The notes below the pieces were generated by a model. That model was not told the DNA's origin. It did no database searches and saw nothing but the letters and a program-made list of their open reading frames with translations. From a virus (taxonomy: Duplodnaviria; Caudoviricetes): DNA of 64,000 bases. Positions 18,312 to 28,110 of this stretch are shown piece after piece (position 1 is the stretch's first letter; the number at the start of each line of letters is the position of its first letter). Both the position numbers and the translations under genes were made by a program. Location: positions 748 through 64,747 of IMG/VR virus record IMGVR_UViG_3300032288_002935; one strand, given 5' to 3'.

Positions 18312-21269
18312 ATGGAAAATCCACAAGCTCAAATGCCACAAGGCCAACCAGGTCAGGCTCCAGAACAAATGCAACAAGGACAACCTCAACAAGGTGGTCA
18401 AGATCAACAAATGCAACAAGTTATGCAATTTGTTCAACAAGCATTACAACAAGGTGCTCAACCTGCGGATGTAGCTGCTCAACTATTACAAAGTCAAGTT
18501 CCACCAGAACTTATTATGCAAGTATTTGTTCAAATGGGTATGCCTCAAGAGGAAGCTCAAAGAAATATTGAACAAGCTATGCAAAGTGGTGGACAACAAC
18601 CACAAGGTCCGGGTGAAGAAGGAATGGAAGGTCAAGCATCTAATTCGCAAGAAGAACAAATGGAAAGTTCTGAAGAAAATGAAGAAGAAGATGATGATGA
18701 AGAAAGGGCTCAACCTCAAATGGGATTTGGTGGTATCTTTAGTAATAACAGAAGAATTAAAAACAAAAAAAATACAGTTGTTAATAATTATTATGGTTAC
18801 AATCCTTATGGTGGTGGTAATGGTTATCCTCAATCTAGACCAGATAACGCTTATACAAATACAACACAAGGACAAGTTGATTTTCCATCATTGCAACCTG
18901 AATTTAATTCTAATGAACCTCCTGTTCCTTATGATCCGGCTGCTGAATTAAAAGAATACCAAAGAGGTATGGATGCAAATCAATCTGATGATTGGAATTT
19001 TGTTAGAAATGCACCATCTTCATCAAATGGAGTTTATGATGGATTTCCAAGATTTTCTGATGGTCAATTTGGTCCTAATGGTTATATGCCTCCTTATGGG
19101 TATAAAAATGGTGGAGCAATAAATTATTATGCTAACGGTGGTTCTGTTATAGATCAACTTAACGAAATGATTAAAAGCAATGTTGATCCAAGAGAAATAA
19201 TGAAACAAGTTCAGGCTGCTGCTCAACAAGGAGCAATAACTCCTGAAGAAGCTACAGCTATGATGGAATCATTGCAAAATATGAATACCGCTCAAGATCC
19301 ACAAGCTAATGATTTAACTATGACTGAAGGTTCAAAAGATCCTCAATTGTATGATGAAAGTATGGCTGCTCCAGATCAATCAATGGGAATTGCGGCACTT
19401 GGTGGTAAAATTAAAAGAAATTTAATAAGAGCGTATGGTGGTCCAGCGGTTGCTCCTGGTGCAGATTCTAAAAACTATGCTAAAGACAGAGCAACAATGT
19501 TTGTTAATTCTGTAAAAGGAGATATGTTTAAGGCATCTCTTGATGACGCATTTCCAAGTTTATCAGGTAAGTCTATGGCTTATGGAGGTCTTGTTAAAGC
19601 TGAAAAAGGTATAAACTTAAAAGAAGGTAAAGTAGATATTGATCCAAGTAAATATAATTCAGAAGAAGAATTTTTAGCAGATTTATGGAAATGGAATAGT
19701 AATCCAGAAAATGCTAAAAATTTAATTACGCCTGAACAAATTAAAGATAAGAAATGGGTAGCACCAAAAAACACAAGTTCATTTCAAAGACCTCAAACTT
19801 ACTTTGATTATCAACCAAAAATGGGTTGGAATAGAGCTAGTATGACTCCTGAAGAAAGAGCTTATGAACAAGAGTGGATTACTAACCATGGTTCTAGAAT
19901 GCCTAATTACGGTTATGGTCAACAAAATCCATTTGCAGTAAACCCTGTAGGATACGCTAATCCATTAGCAACAGGTCCTTATGCACAATTATATGCAGGA
20001 GCATCTCCATTTGCAAGAACTCTTGCAGGTATAGGATTAGGACAAAATTATTCTGATCCAAGAATTACTGGTAGTAATCTACCAGGTGGAATGGATGCAA
20101 TGCAATTTCTTGGAGCTATAGGAGGAGTTGATAAGTTAGCATCTGGTATGACTGGAAAAGTTGGTGATCAAACTTGGAGAATTAATTCTGCTGAAAAATT
20201 TAAAGAAGGTAGTATTTGGAAAGGTAATAGAAGAAAAGGTGTAAGATATAATGTTGATTGGGGTAATGCTGCTGCTATGAATCCTGCTACTGCTGCGCCT
20301 GGATATAATCCAACTGCAGCTGGTCCAGGTTTATCTGGTTACAATGCTGATGCAAATGGAAATGGTATTCCAGATTATTTAGAACTTTCAAGTTCACCTG
20401 CGGCATCTGTTAATAATGTTGTATCACCTGTTATTAATTCTACAACTAGCCCTGTTACAACAACTGCTAATACACCAGGTTCTTCGTTAAGTGTTGCTCA
20501 AGGAAAAGCTGGGTTTTTAAATCCAACTGGTAATTTTTCAGAAGAAGAATTAAGAATTCAAGATGAAATAAATAAACAAGTTGAAGAAAAAAATAAGGCT
20601 TTTGATAATTATCCAACAGATGAGAATTTGCCAAGTATGAAACCTCAGTCAAAAAGTTTATCTTATGGTGGAAGCATTGATCCTCAAGCATTACAAAATG
20701 CTATTCATTTAATTAACCGTGCATTTGGTGGTATGATACCTCAAGCTGCAAATGGATTAGAAGTTGGTGAAGATATGAAACCTGTTGGTTTTTCTACAGA
20801 TCCAAATAGTATGGTATGGAAAGATCCAAATAAAACTATGCCATCACTTGATAATCCAAATCCGCAGAATCAAAATCAAGGTCAGGTTGAAGCATCTAAT
20901 GCTAATAAATTTAAATTTAATAGTTTGTTTGGTGATCAAATGATGACATCAATGAATAAACTTACTAATTTTGCAAACAAGGTTAATAACTATAATCCAG
21001 AAAGAGAAGCTGCTGCTAATTCTGCATTGTTTAGACCAAGAGAAGAGTTTCAAACTATGTCACAAGGTTTATATGGACAACAAGGAGATAAGCTTGCAGA
21101 TCAAATAGGTAATCAAGTATTAAATCCTACAGGTATTGCTTATAATAATCAAAGTATTAACTATGGTGCATTTGGTGGTAGAATATATGAACTTGGTGGT
21201 GATTTTGATATAGACGATGATACAAGAAGACAATTAGAAGCTGCTGGATTTAAACTTACAAGAATATAA
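18312..21269 (+). CDS. Low-complexity virion cargo (ejection) protein with repeated xxGG motifs
   Basis: 985 aa, Q/P/N/G-rich, no Cys seen. Has an acidic tract, many [YFMA]xxGG motifs and a DANGNGIPD loop. It follows the muzzle gene, as crAss-like cargo genes do. Confidence 0.6.
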   Translation: MENPQAQMPQGQPGQAPEQMQQGQPQQGGQDQQMQQVMQFVQQALQQGAQPADVAAQLLQSQVPPELIMQVFVQMGMPQEEAQRNIEQAMQSGGQQPQGPGEEGMEGQASNSQEEQMESSEENEEEDDDEERAQPQMGFGGIFSNNRRIKNKKNTVVNNYYGYNPYGGGNGYPQSRPDNAYTNTTQGQVDFPSLQPEFNSNEPPVPYDPAAELKEYQRGMDANQSDDWNFVRNAPSSSNGVYDGFPRFSDGQFGPNGYMPPYGYKNGGAINYYANGGSVIDQLNEMIKSNVDPREIMKQVQAAAQQGAITPEEATAMMESLQNMNTAQDPQANDLTMTEGSKDPQLYDESMAAPDQSMGIAALGGKIKRNLIRAYGGPAVAPGADSKNYAKDRATMFVNSVKGDMFKASLDDAFPSLSGKSMAYGGLVKAEKGINLKEGKVDIDPSKYNSEEEFLADLWKWNSNPENAKNLITPEQIKDKKWVAPKNTSSFQRPQTYFDYQPKMGWNRASMTPEERAYEQEWITNHGSRMPNYGYGQQNPFAVNPVGYANPLATGPYAQLYAGASPFARTLAGIGLGQNYSDPRITGSNLPGGMDAMQFLGAIGGVDKLASGMTGKVGDQTWRINSAEKFKEGSIWKGNRRKGVRYNVDWGNAAAMNPATAAPGYNPTAAGPGLSGYNADANGNGIPDYLELSSSPAASVNNVVSPVINSTTSPVTTTANTPGSSLSVAQGKAGFLNPTGNFSEEELRIQDEINKQVEEKNKAFDNYPTDENLPSMKPQSKSLSYGGSIDPQALQNAIHLINRAFGGMIPQAANGLEVGEDMKPVGFSTDPNSMVWKDPNKTMPSLDNPNPQNQNQGQVEASNANKFKFNSLFGDQMMTSMNKLTNFANKVNNYNPEREAAANSALFRPREEFQTMSQGLYGQQGDKLADQIGNQVLNPTGIAYNNQSINYGAFGGRIYELGGDFDIDDDTRRQLEAAGFKLTRI

Positions 21270-21271
21270 TT

Positions 21272-23851
21272 ATGGCTAAGTATAAAATAACTGGAGTACC
21301 AAATCAATCTGTTCCTGATGTAAATGTAAATCATACTTTAGGTCCAGTTGATAGAGATGTAGCTAATGTTGAAGCTGAGAAAGGTGAAACAGTAGTTACT
21401 AATATGAGTAGAGGTCTTGATAACATCTATGAAATGTATGAGATTGGTGGGAAGAAACATACAGAGGGGGGAACTCCTCTGAATCTTCCAACTGATGGTG
21501 ACAAGGAAACTGATGGGACTTCTTTTATATTTAGTGACAACAAGAAGATGGTTGTAAAAGATCCTGCAATCTTGGAATACTTTGGGGTGGATCCCAAAAA
21601 GCCTAAGACTTATGCGGATATTTCTAAAACTTGGTTGGATGCTGTCAATAAATCTAAACAAATCATCAAGGATAATGTTTCTGATAAGATTAGTAAAAAA
21701 TCTGCTGAGATGTCTATGGACAACGCGGCATTTAAAATTGCGGCCTTAAAGCTGAAACAAGAAGCTCATAAAGGAATGAAAGACGGAGTGCCTAATGGTA
21801 TGACTCCATTCTTTGATAAATTGCAATTAGATCCATCTGAGATGTTTGCAATGAATCAAGATGACGCTGACAAAACTGATGAAGCAGTTAAGTCTGCTTT
21901 TGGTGGTAAAGTTAAAAAAGCTGATGGTGGACCGTTGGTTAATCCGTGGTTATATACTTATAATCAAGGTGATGATGCACAAATAATCGGTGGAGGTGTT
22001 AATGTTGAACATAAATCAGGATTACACGGTGGTGCTAATTTAGAATTACCATTTAATAATAGAAATGCTCAACGTAGTTCTTCACAAAATATTGGTTTTG
22101 GAAAAAGTTTTGAAACTAAAAATGGTGCTAAATTTAGAGGAGATGCTACAGTAAATAATTACATGAATCCTGAAGATGGTATGTTAAATCCTTCTGCTGC
22201 ATTATCATTTAACTATGAGCAACCAATTGGAGAAAATACTACTTTTGATTTAGGTATACAAAATAATATGTATCCTGGTAGTCCATTTAATCCTACAGCT
22301 CAAGCATCATTAAAATATAACTTTAGTGAAGGTGGAGAATTAAATAAATTTGCTCTTGGTGATGAAGTTAGTAAAGAAACTACTGCGCCTAAAGAAAATC
22401 CTTTGACTTGGGGTAGTGCAGATCCTAAATCTGTAAAACAATACAATTATATTGTTAATGTTTTAGCTAAAAATCCTAATTTCAAAAAAGCATTATTTGA
22501 GGAATACAAAAAAGTAGCTGCTGATGAAGGAAATTTTGGTTCTGGATATAATAAAGCATTTAAAATTGATCCTAAAAATAAAGACCTTGTTGTTAGAAAA
22601 ACTGAAGACGAGGTATTTAATGATTATTTAGATTTCCAAAAAAGAAATTTAATGTTGAAATCTCATGGCTATGAGGTTTCTAAAACAAATCAACCTGCTA
22701 CAAGTAGAAAATCTGTATCAAATAAAGATATTACAGAATGGTCAGCTAAACATGGAGTTCCATTGCCAAATATGGATAATGCAGCTGCTCAACAGTTATC
22801 TTTTATTGCATTTACTGAGTTAACAAAGAATAAAGATAAATATGATACTGAGTTAAAAGATGTAATGAAACCATTTGGTATTAACCCTTATGGTAAAAAA
22901 GATGAAAGAATTGCAGGTTCTAAAGAAGACACGGATATTTCACCTGCTGATGGTGCATATACAAATACTACTGCTGGAGAAATTAGTTGGTTTACTGAAC
23001 CTACACCGGAAGATGAGAAAAAAATTGAAGCTGTTCAATCAAAGTATACTCCTAAAGCTCCAAACTATTCACATCTTAATCCTGTTACACCACTACAAAA
23101 TCCTTATGGATTTAGAAGAGAAGACATAAACTCTTTACGAAGAGCTGTGCAATCAAGATGGGAGATTCCAGAATTACACCCTTATGCTAAGTCTGCTCAA
23201 TTTGTAACACCAGATAGAGCATATTATTCACCAGAAAGAGCAATTGCTGCTAGAAATGAGCAATTAAACATTATGATGAATTCTCAAAATGCTTTTGGTA
23301 ATGCTCAAGCGGCTGGTGCTACAGCTATGGCTTTAAGTGGTCAAGCTTATAGTGATGTTGCAAATACTATTAGTGATTATGCAGATAAAAATGTAGGTAT
23401 TTTTAATGCAGGCGAACAATATAATACTCAACTTGCAAATCAAAGAAATCAAATGGATGCGCAATTAGCTACAAGTATTTGGGATAAAGAAAATATTTTA
23501 AAACAAAGCCTTGCAAATTCTATTAGTGCAGCTAAAGATAAAATTACACAGTTATCTAATCAGGCATATACTAATGCTTCAAACATTTACAATCTTAATA
23601 CAATGACAGAAAACTTTAAGAAAGATCCTTTCACTGGATTAATTACTAAAGTTAATGACAAACCAATGACTCCTACAACTGACAATACAAAAGCTATTGG
23701 TGAAGAGTTTAATGAATTTGCTAAACAAGTTCCTACATTAACTCCAGAGTTACAATTTCAATTGTTTAAAGCTCACAAATCAGGTAAGTGGACAATTGAA
23801 AAAGATGACAATGTTACAAGACCAGATGAATTAAAAGATCCATATACTTAG
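21272..23851 (+). CDS. Virion cargo protein with N-terminal EAEKGE / GKKH..GG domain and an internal beta-barrel-like module
   Basis: 859 aa. N-terminal ANVEAEKGETV...GGKKHTEGG.P...FIFSD domain, then an amphipathic beta-strand segment and an N/Q/A-rich helical C-terminal region. Confidence 0.6.
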   Translation: MAKYKITGVPNQSVPDVNVNHTLGPVDRDVANVEAEKGETVVTNMSRGLDNIYEMYEIGGKKHTEGGTPLNLPTDGDKETDGTSFIFSDNKKMVVKDPAILEYFGVDPKKPKTYADISKTWLDAVNKSKQIIKDNVSDKISKKSAEMSMDNAAFKIAALKLKQEAHKGMKDGVPNGMTPFFDKLQLDPSEMFAMNQDDADKTDEAVKSAFGGKVKKADGGPLVNPWLYTYNQGDDAQIIGGGVNVEHKSGLHGGANLELPFNNRNAQRSSSQNIGFGKSFETKNGAKFRGDATVNNYMNPEDGMLNPSAALSFNYEQPIGENTTFDLGIQNNMYPGSPFNPTAQASLKYNFSEGGELNKFALGDEVSKETTAPKENPLTWGSADPKSVKQYNYIVNVLAKNPNFKKALFEEYKKVAADEGNFGSGYNKAFKIDPKNKDLVVRKTEDEVFNDYLDFQKRNLMLKSHGYEVSKTNQPATSRKSVSNKDITEWSAKHGVPLPNMDNAAAQQLSFIAFTELTKNKDKYDTELKDVMKPFGINPYGKKDERIAGSKEDTDISPADGAYTNTTAGEISWFTEPTPEDEKKIEAVQSKYTPKAPNYSHLNPVTPLQNPYGFRREDINSLRRAVQSRWEIPELHPYAKSAQFVTPDRAYYSPERAIAARNEQLNIMMNSQNAFGNAQAAGATAMALSGQAYSDVANTISDYADKNVGIFNAGEQYNTQLANQRNQMDAQLATSIWDKENILKQSLANSISAAKDKITQLSNQAYTNASNIYNLNTMTENFKKDPFTGLITKVNDKPMTPTTDNTKAIGEEFNEFAKQVPTLTPELQFQLFKAHKSGKWTIEKDDNVTRPDELKDPYT

Positions 23852-23904
23852 CAATAACTAATTTTTGTTTAGCATATAATTAATATATTTACAATAAAAA
23901 AACA

Positions 23905-25740
23905 ATGGCAACATATATACAAGGTCAAACGGATTATATTTCACAGATTCAGCCCACTGAACCTAATTTAGCTTTTGATGCTCAAGTTTTACAAACTAAG
24001 CAAACTAAGTATGATGCTAATCATAAGAAAGTAAGTGATCTATATGGTTCATTGCTTAATTCTGCAATGACAAGAACTGATAATATCCAGGCAAGAGATG
24101 AATTTTTTAAAATCATTAATGATGATATTAGAAAAATGGGAGGTTTGGATTTTTCATTAGATCAAAATGTACAAGCAGCATCTTCTGTATTCCAATCTAT
24201 TTATACTAACAATAATATTGTTAAAGACATGGTTTGGACTAAAAACTTTGATGCTGAAGTAAATAGATCTGAAGCGTTTAAATCTTGTATTGATCCAGAA
24301 AAATGTGGTGGTCAATGGTGGGAAGAAGGTGATAGATATTTACAATATAAAAGAGAAGAATTTAAAAATGCTTCTGCAGGTGATGCATTAAATATGGCTG
24401 ATCCTAAATATGTTCCATACACAAATGTAATGGACCTTGCTATAAAAAAAGCAAAAGAAGCAGGTTTAAATATTACTAAAGATTCATTTAGTCCTGATGG
24501 TCAATATATTATTACTACAAAAAATGGTGAACAATTACAATCTCCATTAACTGCTTTGTTTAATGAAACTATTGGTAAAGATCCAAAGGTTCAGGATATG
24601 TATAGAGTAAAATCATATACACAAAGAAAAGATTGGATTTCAAATAAAGTTGGTCTTGGTGAATACAAAGATGAAAATGAAGCAGCTGTTGGGTACTTTA
24701 GAGAAAGAAATGAAGCTGTTCAGAAAACTTTAGATAAACAAGCTGTTGCTCTTAATGTTGATTTAGGTTCATTGTCTGAAAAGTATGAACAATTACAAAC
24801 TCGATATAAAGCTGGTAAGTTTAAACAAGGAAGTGATGAATATGCACAAATGATGAACATTCCGCAATTAATGCAAAATGCAGCTGATGCAAAACAATAT
24901 ACAGATTTAATGATCAAAGCAAATCAAAATTCAAATAATCCAAGAGGATTAAGTATTATTGGAGATTATGCTGATGATCAAAATGCTGCAGATTTTTACA
25001 ATGCTGATATTAATAAAGCTGCAGAAACTCTTGCTTATAAAGATTCTGAAACTAAATTTAATGCTGATGAGTTTGCATTAAAACAAAAGGCTTATGAGTA
25101 TGATGTTTCTCTTGAAGGAATTAAACAGGCAAACAAAATGGCTTTAGAAAATTGGAAACTTGATAAAGGTATCTATAATGATAAGATTAATGGTTCATCT
25201 ACTGATCAAAACGCAACACCTACTAAAGTTCAAGCTTATACAACTGCAACAAATAAAGCGGAAGAGTTTGGTAAAAATTTAGAAGAATCTGCTTTTAATC
25301 TTTATAAAAAAGAACATCCTGAAAGCAAAGCTGTTTTATCTAATTGGTCAAGAAACTCAACAGATAAAGATGCTGCAGCAGCTTATGATAAAGCAATTGC
25401 TTCAGCAAAAGTTGAATATATTAAACTTAAAACAGATGCTAATGCTAAAGCACTTGCTATAGGTGAACCAATTAAATATACAGATGTTATTTCTGCAGTT
25501 AATATAAGTAAATCAGGATTATCTGAACAAGACTTTACGGCTTATTATACAAGAATTCTTGAAAAGGCTATAAAACCAATTTCCGAAGGAGGTATGGGCT
25601 TAGATAAATATACTGTAGATAAATATGTAAATGGTTCTACTGGTACTACAGATGATCCTATCTATTATCAATTAGAAAAACTTAGTCAGGATAGAGCTGC
25701 ATATAGAGCAAAACTTGAAGCAGATAAAAAGAAAAAATAA
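23905..25740 (+). CDS. Helical virion cargo/ejection protein
   Basis: 611 aa. N-terminal 'MATYIQG..DYI.QIQP..P...F..QVL..KQ.KYD' followed by coiled coils, within the cargo block. Confidence 0.55.
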   Translation: MATYIQGQTDYISQIQPTEPNLAFDAQVLQTKQTKYDANHKKVSDLYGSLLNSAMTRTDNIQARDEFFKIINDDIRKMGGLDFSLDQNVQAASSVFQSIYTNNNIVKDMVWTKNFDAEVNRSEAFKSCIDPEKCGGQWWEEGDRYLQYKREEFKNASAGDALNMADPKYVPYTNVMDLAIKKAKEAGLNITKDSFSPDGQYIITTKNGEQLQSPLTALFNETIGKDPKVQDMYRVKSYTQRKDWISNKVGLGEYKDENEAAVGYFRERNEAVQKTLDKQAVALNVDLGSLSEKYEQLQTRYKAGKFKQGSDEYAQMMNIPQLMQNAADAKQYTDLMIKANQNSNNPRGLSIIGDYADDQNAADFYNADINKAAETLAYKDSETKFNADEFALKQKAYEYDVSLEGIKQANKMALENWKLDKGIYNDKINGSSTDQNATPTKVQAYTTATNKAEEFGKNLEESAFNLYKKEHPESKAVLSNWSRNSTDKDAAAAYDKAIASAKVEYIKLKTDANAKALAIGEPIKYTDVISAVNISKSGLSEQDFTAYYTRILEKAIKPISEGGMGLDKYTVDKYVNGSTGTTDDPIYYQLEKLSQDRAAYRAKLEADKKKK

Positions 25741-25763
25741 GCAAATAAATAAACTTTTTAATT

Positions 25764-28100
25764 ATGGGATTAGATGTAAATAAATTAATGAAAAAAGCAG
25801 CAGATGATCTTGCTCAAAAAAAACCAGAGTTATTTGATAACAAAAAAGATGTTGCTGCAAGTCAATCTAATTTATCTGTTAAAAATGATACTATACAAGA
25901 CAAAGCTAAAACAGATGCATATATAAAAAATTCTGTATGGAATACTAAGTATCAGCCGGTTATTGATAAAGCTGGTTTTGATGGTGCTATTAATTATAGT
26001 AATTCATTACACATGATGAAAGCTGTGAATGGAAGATATGATAATATTTTAAATTCTAATGATGTTTCTGATGAAGCAAAACAAACCATTAAAACTTTAA
26101 AGAATTCTTCTATAGCTGCTATGGATGAAATGGTAAAGTTAACAACAGGTAAAGGTGATGTAAAATTATTTGAAAAATATAGAGGTAATGCTGACAAAGC
26201 AGAAGCTGTTTTAAAAGAACAACTTGGACCAAAAGCTGGAAAAAATTATGTTTATGATCCAGATAAAAAAATTATTACAGATAAGATTACTTTCAAAAAA
26301 AATCATCAAGGTGTAAATAAAGAAACTAGAGAAGAAGGTTATGATAGATACACTACTACAACTGGTGTTGGAAGTGGAGGTTCAAATCCAATGGCCGCTT
26401 ATTTACAAATGAAAGATTATACAGAAAGATCAATGGCTCAAGTAAGATCACAAACAAATCCTTTGGTTTCAGCTTGGACTAATAATGCTATAAATTTATT
26501 AAATTCAGATGATAAAGCTGCTGGTAGAATTGATCCAGATAATAGAACAAAAACACTTGCTTATGCTAAAGATGTATTAACTTTTGCAAGTAAATATGGT
26601 ACACAAACTGGAAAAAAAGGGTATGATGATGAAATTAAAGTCAAAGCTGCTAAACTTTTAAAAGGTTTAAATAATAAAGATTTAGATTTTGCTGAAACAC
26701 TTGATTATCTGAAAAAAAATACCAATGGTAAAACTAATTTTATAACCGACATTGTTAAAGATTTAGGTTATTATGGTTCTAATTATCTTTATAAAAGACA
26801 TAAAGCAACTTTTAATAATGATAAATATTATCAAGGTGCTGAAAAATATTGGGGTAAAACTGATCTAATTGATCAAGAAATTACAAATCATGAAACCTAT
26901 GTAAAAAATACTAAAGAAGATAAAAAACAAGCTAAAATAGAAGCTAGGATTGAGTATGGAGAAATTGTTGAAGAACCAACTGATTATACTCCAATGGTAT
27001 CTGAAACAGGTGATTTTTTATATAATCTTTTTGATAAAGTAGGACTTGTTAGCAAAGCTGATGATAAAAAACGCGCTCAATATGTGTCTAGTGTAAAAAA
27101 AGATACATTTAATGCTGCTATTTCTGATGATGGAGAAATTAGAAGTTATGAGCAATTTATTAAAAACTTAGGTCCTGAATATAAAATTCAATCTGGTTTA
27201 GCTGGAGATAGAAAAATTCAAACTAAACAAGATTATAGAGATGTTGTTTATAATGCAACTAAAGGTTTTTGGGATCCAAAAACAAATACTTTGTTTTATG
27301 AGGATGATGATTTTAATAAAGTTATGCGTAAAAACTATAATGAAATTGTTAAGACCTATAAAAGAAGGTTCAGCAAATTAAATGATCCTAAAAAAAGAGA
27401 AACTGACATGGGTTCAGGAGATACTGCAGATTTAGTTTTATCTCATGAATATGTAAACATGGAGTTAGATAAAAATAATAATATGATTCATTCTGGAGAT
27501 TATAAAGGTTCTAATGTTAATACAATTTTTAATATGATGAAAACTTCTGAAAATGGTATTAATAAACAAGATGTAACATTGATTCCACATAATAAAATTA
27601 TTATGTGGTCAAAAGCTTCAAAAGAAAAACTTAATGAGCTAAAAGCTTCTAATGAAGAAACTTTTAATAATTTTTTTAAAGATAAGGATTTAAGTGAAAT
27701 GAAAATGGTTTTTGATAGACACTCAAGTATTCCATATCATGCAACTTATACTTTTATAAATCAAAAAACTGGTAAAAAATTAGCTATGGTTGCACCAGCT
27801 AATTACATTGAAAAAAATAATGAAACCTTTTGGAAAAATACTACAATGACAGTTCCAGAAGCTAGATTTTTAAAAGCAGGTTCTGTATCTTTACCAGACA
27901 AAGATGGTTACTATAAAAATGCAGCTATTATTCAAAAAGATGGAATTAAAGTAGCTGTGTATAAATACTTAGATACAGATGGTGTTACTAAACAAGAAGA
28001 AATTCCAATTGGTGATGTACAAATTGAGGTAGCGCAGCAACAGTTTAAAGAGTATTTTGATAGACTGATAGCTATAGAAAAAGTTTACAACAAAAAATAA
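25764..28100 (+). CDS. Hypothetical virion-associated protein
   Basis: 778-aa K/D/N-rich ORF co-oriented and tightly packed in the cargo block. No motif recognised. Confidence 0.5.
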   Translation: MGLDVNKLMKKAADDLAQKKPELFDNKKDVAASQSNLSVKNDTIQDKAKTDAYIKNSVWNTKYQPVIDKAGFDGAINYSNSLHMMKAVNGRYDNILNSNDVSDEAKQTIKTLKNSSIAAMDEMVKLTTGKGDVKLFEKYRGNADKAEAVLKEQLGPKAGKNYVYDPDKKIITDKITFKKNHQGVNKETREEGYDRYTTTTGVGSGGSNPMAAYLQMKDYTERSMAQVRSQTNPLVSAWTNNAINLLNSDDKAAGRIDPDNRTKTLAYAKDVLTFASKYGTQTGKKGYDDEIKVKAAKLLKGLNNKDLDFAETLDYLKKNTNGKTNFITDIVKDLGYYGSNYLYKRHKATFNNDKYYQGAEKYWGKTDLIDQEITNHETYVKNTKEDKKQAKIEARIEYGEIVEEPTDYTPMVSETGDFLYNLFDKVGLVSKADDKKRAQYVSSVKKDTFNAAISDDGEIRSYEQFIKNLGPEYKIQSGLAGDRKIQTKQDYRDVVYNATKGFWDPKTNTLFYEDDDFNKVMRKNYNEIVKTYKRRFSKLNDPKKRETDMGSGDTADLVLSHEYVNMELDKNNNMIHSGDYKGSNVNTIFNMMKTSENGINKQDVTLIPHNKIIMWSKASKEKLNELKASNEETFNNFFKDKDLSEMKMVFDRHSSIPYHATYTFINQKTGKKLAMVAPANYIEKNNETFWKNTTMTVPEARFLKAGSVSLPDKDGYYKNAAIIQKDGIKVAVYKYLDTDGVTKQEEIPIGDVQIEVAQQQFKEYFDRLIAIEKVYNKK

Positions 28101-28110
28101 TTATTAGAAA

